From: Candidatus Krumholzibacteriota bacterium
GTDB taxonomy: Bacteria > Krumholzibacteriota > Krumholzibacteriia > JAJRXK01
Length of the DNA stretch: 20,523 bases
Assembly (NCBI GenBank): GCA_963806035.1
Contig: CAWDWO010000003.1
Span: 1-20,523 of the forward strand
Direction: 5' to 3'
Every line of letters starts with the position of its first letter. Position 1 is the first letter of the stretch. Below the pieces are notes generated by a model. It worked only from the letters and a program-made list of their open reading frames with translations. It made no database searches and was not told the origin of the DNA. The position numbers were made by a program, and so were the translations under genes. Positions 12,030-20,523 of the stretch are shown here, in pieces.

Positions 12030-12033
<4 letters not shown>

Positions 12034-13115
12034 GACGACCCACTTGCTGCGGCGATCTTCTCATCGATGCGGGCAAGCAGGTCGTTCCAGGAATCCGCGA
12101 AGGACTTCGCACCCTCTTCTTGGAGCTGCGTCGCCAAAGCATCGACATCGATTCCAGCTTGAGCATGCCGTGAAATCACGACTTCCGCGGTACTGCTGTC
12201 GACCGGGAGGAGCGAGCCGATCTCGCCGTGGTCGGCAAAGGCGTGGAGGGTCTTGTCAGGCATGGTGTTGACGGTATAGGGCGAGGCCAGCGCTTTCACG
12301 TAAAGAATGTCCGAGGCCTCGGGATCTTTGGTCCCCGTGCTGGCCCAGAGAAGTCGCTGGGGACGCGCACCGGCATTCTGAACGCGTTGCCAGCGGGGGG
12401 AGGCCTGCATTTCGCGCACCGCGGCGTAGACACGGCCGGCCATCGCGCACCCCAATTGGTTCTTCAGGGCGTCAGGGACTGTTTTGGCCGCGGCCACATC
12501 CCAGCGGCTCACGAAGATCGAGCCCACCGAACGGATGTCGGGATCCAGTCCGGCCTCGATCCGTCGCTCGATCCCGCGCAACCATGCGTCAGCGGCCGCG
12601 AGGTATTGCTCGCGAGAAAACAGCAGGGTCACGTTTACCGGAATGCCTTCGAAGGTGGCCTCCTCGATGGCGGGCAGGCCCTCCTTGGTCCCGGGAATCT
12701 TGATGTGCAGGTTGGGCCGGTCGGCGCGGGCGAAGAGTTCCTTGGCGGACTTCAGGGTGGCCTCGGTGTCGTGTGCCAAGAGGGGGGAGACCTCCAGCGA
12801 TACGAAGCCATCCACTCCATTCGTTCGCTCGTAGACGGGCCGGAACAGATCCGCGGCGCGGGTCAGGTCCTCGAGAGCCAGATCGAAGAAAAGTTCCTCG
12901 CCCTTGCGGCCGGACTTGATCCCCTGGGCAATGGCGTCGTCGTAGGCTTCACTGCCCTTCAGTGCGTGTTCGAAGATGGTGGGATTCGAAGTGAGCCCTG
13001 TGACCGAAAGCTCCTCGATGTACTGCTTCAAAGTACCGGAGTCGAGCAGATCACGGGTGATGTTGTCCAACCACAGGCTCTGTCCGAGATCGTGTAGCTG
13101 CTTGGTGGGATTCAT
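12030..13115 (-). CDS. tal: Transaldolase (long, actinobacterial/plant-like type); intact
   Basis: [34 protein letters not shown] (Schiff-base Lys), [23 protein letters not shown]. Its stop overlaps the pgi start (ATGA). Confidence 0.97.
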
Positions 13116-13235
13116 GTTCTATCACCCTCACGAAGGTTCACAGAAACGTTAGACAGGATAGCAACGCACTGAATCGACGCCACCAGGGGGCTGACGTGAC
13201 GATTCGCTGCGGTGGCCGGTGACAAGTCCCTCACC

Positions 13236-13859
13236 TCACGAAACTTCCAGGCCATACGAGGCCAGAGCAGAGCGTGTGGAGTCATAGTCCGTGTGCAAGA
13301 CTCCACGGATTCCGATGCTCCTGGCGACCTGCAAGAACATCGCGGTATTCTCGAGATAGAGGACGCTTCGCGCGGGCATCTGCGCGATGTCGAGCGCGAG
13401 CTGGTAGAATTCGAGGTCGGGCTTCCGGAAGTGGACGAAACAGGAGGAGATGAATGCATCGAACAAGTCAGCGAGCTTGAACTTGCGAACCCGATGCGCG
13501 TTCAGCTCGCGACCTTCGTTGCTCACGGCGATGGTTTTCAAGCCATGTTGAGCCTTGAGTTGTGTAATGAGCTCGAGCATCTCCGGGTAGGGCTTGGACT
13601 GTTTGAGCATGTAGCGCCGGAACTGCTCCGGGCTGAACGGCCGTCTCTTGTGGAAAACGACTCGCTTCAAATAATCCTCCAGGCTGAGCTTGCCCGTTTC
13701 GAGCGTATCGAAGGTGAGGTGATGGCGGTGTGCCATTTCGTCCGGGTCGAGCGCGAAGTGCTCGGCGGCCCTGGCGCGCGCTTCGTGGTCCCAACCATTG
13801 GTGAGCAATACGCCACCGATGTCCACGAATAGGCAGCGGATTGGACTCGATTTTTTCAT
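13236..13859 (-). CDS. HAD-superfamily (subfamily IA) phosphatase
   Basis: Motif I CLFVDIGGVLL, motif II VSNEG, motif III RKPD, atypical motif IV YLENT. Start is ATG 13859; an upstream ATG at 13883 is possible. Confidence 0.85.
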   Translation of the reverse strand: MKKSSPIRCLFVDIGGVLLTNGWDHEARARAAEHFALDPDEMAHRHHLTFDTLETGKLSLEDYLKRVVFHKRRPFSPEQFRRYMLKQSKPYPEMLELITQLKAQHGLKTIAVSNEGRELNAHRVRKFKLADLFDAFISSCFVHFRKPDLEFYQLALDIAQMPARSVLYLENTAMFLQVARSIGIRGVLHTDYDSTRSALASYGLEVS

Positions 13860-14049
13860 ACTCGGCTTTCCTTTGATTGCCATCGCGAAGTTCACCCCCG
13901 GCACGAGTTCAAACGGACTGAGGCCCTTCGAGTTCCTCGAACTTGTCAGTTTGCTTGCTTACAGGTAGCCTATGAAAGCCAAAGGACCGTGGCGAATTCA
14001 CAAGCGGCGGTCTCGGGTGCTCCGCTTCTGAGGGAGTTGATGAGGAGCC

Positions 14050-16216
14050 ATGGGCGAAAAGGATGACGGCCCCGGCCGAAAAGGCATTCGCATTGCCATG
14101 CTCAGCATCCACGGTCTCATTCGCGGTAAGGACCTCGAATTGGGCCGCGACCCCGATACCGGGGGGCAGACGCGCTACGTCGTCGAACTGGCCCGCGCCC
14201 TGGGCCGGCGGCGCGAGATCGCGCGAGTCGATCTGCTCACGCGCCTCGTCATCGACCCCGCGGTCGATCCCAGCTACCAGAAACCCATCGAGAGACTCTC
14301 GGCCAAGGCCAGCATCGTGCGCATCGAATGCGGGCCCGAAGAATACATTCGCAAGGAAGAGCTCTGGGATCACCTCGACGGCTTCGCCGACAACGCGCTC
14401 AGCTTCTTCCGCGATCAAGCCGGATTTCCCGACCTGATTCACAGCCACTACGCCGACGCCGGTTATGTGGGGTTGAGACTCGCCGCACAGCTCGGAATCC
14501 CTCTGCTGCACACCGGGCACTCGCTGGGCCGGGTGAAGCGCGCGCGTCTTCTGGCCTCGGGGCTGCAGCAGGAGCAAATCGAGGAGCGCTATCACATCTC
14601 GCGCCGCATCGAAGCCGAGGAGGACACCCTGGCCGCGGCCGAGAGGGTGGTGGTCTCCACCCAGAATGAAATCGAGAAGCAATACGGCCTGTACGACCAT
14701 TTTCAACCCGAGCAAATGCGGGTCATCCCTCCGGGAACCGATCTGAAGCGCTTCCGGCCCCCCAACGGAGGTCGTTTCGCTGCTCCCATCTGCCAGGAGC
14801 TGCGCCGCTTTCTGCGGGAGCCGGAAAAGCCCTTCATCCTGGCCCTCTCGCGGCCCGACGAGCGCAAGAACATCACCACCCTCATCGACGCCTACGGTTC
14901 CTCGAAAAAACTGCAGAAGGCGGCCAACCTGGTGATCGTCGCGGGCAACCGCGACGAGATCCACGACATGGAGAACGCCTCGGCGCGAGTGCTCCTGGAC
15001 ATTCTGCTGCGCATCGACGCGAACGATCTGTACGGGCGGGTGGCGTACCCCAAGCACCATCGCGCCGAAGACGTGCCCGAGCTCTTCCGCATGGCGGCGG
15101 CGCAGCGCGGCGTGTTCGTGAATCCCGCTCTCACCGAACCCTTCGGGCTCACCCTCATCGAGGCCGCGGCCAGCGGACTTCCGGTGGTGGCCACCGAGGA
15201 TGGCGGACCGCGGGACATCGTCGCCAACTGCGAGAACGGCTACCTCATCGATCCGCTCGACGAGGAAGCGATGGCGGAAATGCTGCTGAAGGTCATCAAG
15301 AGCGGCAAGGAATGGGACGCGATGGCGCGGCGCGGATTGAAGGGAGTACAGGAGTTCATTCCTGGGACGCGCACGCCGAACGCTACATGCAGTTGCTCAA
15401 ACGCGTGCTGGCCGGAGTCGAACCTCGTCCCAAACCCAAGTTGGAGCGGCGGCCGATGCTCTACCACGACCGCGCGCTTTTCTCCGACCTGGATCAGAAC
15501 CTTCTGGGTGATCCCGAATCTCTCGCTCAGTTCCTGCAGGTGATGCGCGGAACCGCCAGCGGGCTACCTTCGGCATCGCCACTGGCCGCGGACTGGAATC
15601 GGCCCTGAAGGTCATGCGCCGTTTCAAGATTCCCCGGCCCAACGTGCTCATCACCTCCGTCGGCACCGAAATCCACTACGGACCCGAGATGACGGCCGAC
15701 AGGGCCTGGACCCGCCACATCGATCATCTGTGGACTCCGCGCAAAGTGCGCAACGTACTGGATGAGCTTCCGGGCCTCGAGTTACAACCGAAGACCGAGC
15801 AGGGACGCTTCAAGCTGAGCTACTACTACGATCCCGGCAAGGGGATGCCTCTGGAGGAGATCACCCGCATCTTGCGCCAGAACGATCAAACCGTGAACAT
15901 GGTCGTGTCCTTCGGTCAGTACATCGACATCGTGCCGGTACGCGCCTCGAAGGGCTTCGCGTTGCGCTGGTTCTCCGAACACTGGGGAATCCCCTTGGAG
16001 AGGATTCTGGCGGCGGGCGGTTCGGGCGCAGACGAAGACATGATGCGCGGCAACACCCTGGCCGCGGTGGTGGGGCACCGTCACGACGAAGAGCTCTCGG
16101 AGCTCATGAAAGACGAGCGCATCTACTTCGCCAAGAAATCCTACGCGGCGGGAATCCTGGAGGCGATCGAGCACTACGATTTTTACGGGGAGTGCCGCGA
16201 TCCCTTCACGAGCTAG
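14050..16216 (+). CDS. sps: Sucrose-phosphate synthase (GT4 domain + C-terminal SPP-like HAD domain); frameshifts near 15355 and 15550
   Basis: SD GAGGAG before ATG 14050. SIHGLIRG..LELGRDPDTGGQTRYVVELARAL, IHSHYADAG, HTGHSLGRVK, LSRPDERKN, VFVNPALTEPFGLTLIEAAA. Then RALFSDLDQNLLG, VLITSVGTEIHY, RASKGFALRW, AGGSGADEDM, ending …DPFTS* at 16216. Confidence 0.93.
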
Positions 16217-16237
16217 TGCCGATTCCCAAGTCCCAGC

Positions 16238-17139
16238 ATGGGTGATATGAAGTCAAGCAGACCGCAGATTCTCGTGTTTGGGGAAGTCCTCTTCGATTGC
16301 TTCCCCGATGGCTCTGCCGTGCTCGGCGGTGCTCCCTTCAACGTGGCCTGGAACCTGCAGGGTTTGGGGGCTGAGCCCATCTTCGTGAGCCGGGTGGGCG
16401 ACGACGAGTTGGGTGAGCGCATTCGCGCCGCCATGATAGATTGGAAGATGGAGACCGCCGGGCTGCAGATCGATCCGAAACGGCCCACCGGCAAGGTGGA
16501 AGTCAGCTTCCACCAGGGCGAGCCCAGTTACAATATCGTGGCGGATTGCGCCTACGATTTCATCGAGGCCGAAGCTCTGACTCTGTCATTGTCCGCGTGC
16601 AGCCTGGTCGTTCACGGCACACTGGCGCTGCGGGGAAGCAAATCGAGGGGTAGCTTCAAGAGCATCATGAAGGACATCAGCGTTCCAAGCTTCTACGACG
16701 TGAACTTGCGGGACCCCTGGTGGGATCGCGAAACTGTGCAGGAATATCTGCGGCGGACGGAGATCGTGAAGCTGAACCAAGACGAGTTGAAGCGATTGGT
16801 CCCACAGGAAGGCACGAACTTGGACCGTGCCAAGAAGCTGCTCGAGCTGGGCCCGAAGACCCTTTGCCTCACCAGTGGAGACAAAGGTGCCGCCGTGTAT
16901 TCACACGAAGGACGCCTGGCCGAGGTGCAGCCGAAGCAGGAGGTCGAGGTCGTCGACACCGTGGGCGCGGGTGATGCCTTTGCCTCCGTCTTCATTCTGG
17001 GATGGATTCACCAATGGAAACTTCAAACCACCATGCAACGCGCGCAAGATTTCGCCGGGACCGTGGTTGGACGGAGGGGTGCGACTTTGAGGATTAGAAT
17101 TTCTACCGACGCTTTCGCGAGAATTGGGGTTTGTCGTGA
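16238..17139 (+). CDS. PfkB-family carbohydrate kinase (fructokinase-like); frameshift near 17090
   Basis: FGEVLFD, GGAPFNVA, SRVGDDELG, YDVNLR, KLNQDEL, DTVGAGDAF. The corrected end [12 protein letters not shown] (TGA 17137-17139) overlaps the next GTG. Confidence 0.9.
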
Positions 17140-19538
17140 CACCGAATGCGCGCTTCTACGAGCAGCTCAATTCTTTTCTGCGCGATGATCGCCGCCTGGC
17201 TCATCAGATTCTCCACGAGCTACGCAGCCAGGAATCCAAATTTATCCTACGCAGCCAGCTCCAGGATCTCATCGCGAAGCTCGAGGAAGACGACAAGGAC
17301 GAACGTCTCCACTACAACCCCCTGATCCAAGCCATGCAGATGACGCAAGAGGGCCTCTCGACGCGGCCAGTCTCTATCTGGCCGTGCGTCCCTCCATTGC
17401 TCGCTGGAGCTACATCCTGATCCACTTGGAAACGATGAACGCGGAACCCGCGACCGGTTCCGAATATCTCGCTTTCAAGGAGAGGTTGGTGGGGGAGAAC
17501 CCCGACGATCGCTTCATGCTGGAGGTCGACCTGCACCCCTTCGCCCGCGAGTTCCCCAAAATGCAGGAGACGAAATCGATTGGTCGCGGGTCGAGTTCCT
17601 CAACCGCCGTCTGGCGGGAGGACTCTTCAACGGAGGTGGCCAGGGCAGAAGATGCTGCTCAAATTCTTGCGCATGCACAGCTACCAGAGCCAGCCTCTGA
17701 TGCTTCATCGCGAGGTCAACGAAGTCGATCAGCTGCGCGGTCTCTTGCGCGATGCCATCGAATTCTTGGAAGAGCGCGACCCGGAGTCGGTGTGGGAGGA
17801 GCATGCCGCCGGCCTGCGTTCACTGGGCTTCGAACCCGGCTGGGGGCGCACCGTGGCGCGCATCATGGAAACGATGAGCCTGCTGCTGGACATCCTGGAA
17901 GCTCCGTCTCCTGACACCCTGGAAGTTTTCTTGAGCCGAGTCCCCATGATCTTCTCGGTGTGCATCATTTCGCCTCACGGCTGGTTCGGCCAGGGGAACG
18001 TACTGGGCGCCCGACACCGGCGGTCAGGTGGTTTACATCCTCGACCAGGTACGCGCGCTCGAGCGCGAAATGCGAGACCGACTCGAAGAGCAGGGAGTGG
18101 ACATCGAACCGCAGATTCTCATAGTCACGCGACTCATCCCCGAGGCGGAGGACACGGGCTGCGATCAGCGACTGGAAGCGGTGGCGGGAACCGACTCGGC
18201 GCGGATACTGCGCGTTCCTTTCCGCAACGAAAATGACGAGATCCTTCCCCAGTGGATCTCCCGCTTCGAGGTCTGGCCCTATCTCGAGCAGTTCGCGCGC
18301 GACGCCGAGGGCGAGATCCTCGGCGAGCTCGGCGCCCGGCCCGATATCATCATCGGCAACTACTCGGACGGCAATCTGGTGGCTTCCATGATGGCGCGTA
18401 CGCCTCGGTGTGACCCAGTGCACCATCGCCCACGCCCTGGAAAAGACCAAGTACCTGTACTCGGATCTCTACTGGCAGGACAACGAGGCGCGCTATCACT
18501 TCTCGTGTCAGTTCACCGCCGATCTCATCGCCATGAACGCGGCCGATTTCATCATCACCTCCACCTACCAGGAGATCGCCGGTACCCAGAACAGCGTCGG
18601 GCAGTACGAAGCTACAACGCCTTCACCATGCCCGGTCTCTACCGGGTGGTACACGGCGTCGATGTCTTCGATCCCGGGTTCAATATCGTCTCGCCGGTAT
18701 TGAGCCGGAGGTCTACTTCCCGTTCACCGATTCAGAGCGGCGATTGCGGGGGCTTGCTCCGGAGATCTGGACGACCTGCTCTTCGGCAGCGGGGATCGTC
18801 CGCGGGTCCTCGGGAATGCTCGAGGAAACCGACAAGCCGATTGTCTTCTCCATGGTGAGGATCGATCGGATCAAGAACATCACCGGGCTGGTGGACTGGT
18901 ACGGCCGGGAAGAGCGGGTGCGGGACCCCGCCAACCTGGTCCTGGTGGCGGGATACATCGAACCCCACGCGCTCCGACGCAACGAGGAAGCGGACAGATT
19001 CAGCGGATGCACGATCTGGTCGATGAGCACAAGCTCGAGGGGCAGATCCGATGGAATGAGGCCACATCGAACCGCGAGCTGCAGCGGCGAACTGTACCGG
19101 ACATCGCCGATCACCGCGGGGTCTTCGTGCAGCCGGCGCTCTTCGAGGCGTTCGGTTTGACGGTGATCGAGGCCATGAGCAGCGGGGTCCCCACCTTCGC
19201 CACCAAGTTGGCGGGCCACTGGAGATCATCGAGGACGGACGTCCGGATTCCACATCGATCCCAACCACGGCGACGTCGCTCGGCAGCCATCGCGGATTTT
19301 TTCCGCGCTGCGCAGAGGATCCCGATTATTAGTTCAGATTTCCACCCAGGCTCTCAATCGAGTAGAAGAGCGCTACACTTGGAAGAACTACTCCAAGCGT
19401 TTGCTCACTCTCTCGCGGGTCTACGGCTTCTGGAAATACGTCACCCATCTGGAACGCGAGGAGACCAGGCGTTACCTGGAGATGTTTTACGCACTGCAGT
19501 ACCGGCCCCTTGCCGCCAACGTAAATCGTCGATCATGA
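17136..19538 (+). CDS. sus: Sucrose synthase (GT4); many frameshifts
   Basis: Fragments in successive frames: LEVDLHPF…[157 protein letters not shown]…* (19538). Confidence 0.93.
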
Positions 19539-20523
19539 GCGAAAAAGGGCGCACGCGACCCGAACGCCAGACCCTGGCCACCGATCTCGACGGCACCCTC
19601 ATTCCTCTCGCCGACAATTCACGAAACGAAGCCGATCTCCACATTCTATCCGCGAGAATTCAGGAAGCCGGTCTACGCCTGGTGTACGTCACCGGGAGGC
19701 ACCAGGAGTCGGTGCAGCGCGCGATGAAGGCATTTCGATTGCCCCAGCCCGAGCTCATCATCTGTGATGTCGGCGCCAGCGTGGTTCAGTGTCCGCGGCC
19801 CGGCGTCTTCACGCCCGATGAATCCTACCGCAATCATCTCGAGCAGATCGTGAAGGGCCTGCCGCCCTCCGAGCTCGAAAAGAAACTGCCGGCGATGGAG
19901 GGGTTGCGGCTGCAGGAAGCGGAGAGTCAGGGTCCCTTCAAGCTCAGCTCTATGCCGTAGCCGATCGCCTGGAGATTCTCGCCGCGCGTCTGCAATCGCA
20001 GCTGGAGCGATTGCACGCCCCCTACACTCTCATTCACAGCGTGGATCCCTTCACCGGCAACGGGCTCATAGATCTCTCCCGGAGGGAGTGTCCAAGGCGG
20101 GCGCGCTCTCGTGGTGGGTCGAAAAGGAAGGCGTGCCGGCCGAATCGATCGTGTTTGCCGGAGATTCGGGGAACGATCTCGCCGCGCTGGTCGCAGGCTA
20201 TCGGGCGATCGTGGTCGCGAATGCGGATCGAGCCCTCGCCCGTCACGTGCACGACGCGCACCGGCAGGCGGGCTGGAAAAATCGTCTGTACCTGGCGCAA
20301 AGCTCGGCCACCAGTGGCCTCCTGGAAGGGTGCCGATGGTTCGATCTCATCCAGCCCGAACGAGAAAGCGCAGCGGCAAAGCGCTCAGGGGCCACTCCGC
20401 TCAGCATGAGCCGCAGCTACTTTCGGGTGTGGGCTCCCATGGCGAGTCGAGTCGCGGTTCGACTCAAAGAGATTCGAAAACCCACGAACTTGTGGGAAGC
20501 CACGATGGCTTCTTCGAAGGAGA
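19535..20523 (+). CDS. HAD-IIB (sucrose-phosphate-phosphatase-like) domain fused to the start of a CBM48/GH13 TreZ-like domain; runs off the window; frameshifts near 19950, 20077 and 20475
   Basis: ATG 19535 overlaps the sus stop (ATGA). Motifs LATDLDGTL, VYVTGR, IICDVGAS, PEGVSKAGAL, FAGDSGND. Without a stop it continues …EGCRWFDLIQPERESAAAKRSGATPLSMSRSYFRVWAPMASRVAVRL…HELVGSHDGFFEG, the N-terminal CBM48 pattern of TreZ/GlgB-type enzymes. Confidence 0.8.

Noticed and set aside
12228..13832. 289-aa and 206-aa plus-strand ORFs
   Set aside because: Antisense to tal and the HAD phosphatase, which carry clear family motifs.
13909..15060. 383-aa minus-strand ORF
   Set aside because: Antisense shadow of sucrose-phosphate synthase.
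19007..19960. ORF-track 317-aa protein joining sucrose synthase and HAD sequences
   Set aside because: Artefact of frameshifts: sus ends at TGA 19536-19538 in another frame and the HAD gene starts at ATG 19535.

Overview
High-GC bacterial DNA with many single-base indel frameshifts, even in conserved housekeeping enzymes. These are most likely uncorrected long-read errors, so several genes below were rebuilt by hand across frames. The left ~5 kb is an accessory block of exported proteins: the 3' end of an S41 peptidase, a lipoprotein, an Hcp-family gene, a PD40/TolB-like propeller protein, an EamA transporter and a Cys-rich lipoprotein. The centre is a minus-strand pentose-phosphate cluster (HAD phosphatase, tal, pgi, gnd, zwf, pgl, tkt). 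The right end is a divergently transcribed sucrose operon: sucrose-phosphate synthase, PfkB fructokinase, sucrose synthase, and a HAD-IIB phosphatase that runs in frame into a CBM48/TreZ-like N-terminus. The most striking element is at 906-1736 (-). It is an orphan T6SS tube protein (Hcp/TssD) domain with an N-terminal Sec signal peptide. After three 1-nt deletions are repaired it also carries a C-terminal T9SS-type A/FlgD-Ig-like sorting domain that the ORF track misses. This suggests a contractile-tail tube protein rerouted to Sec/T9SS-like export. No RNA genes, CRISPR arrays or mobile elements were seen.
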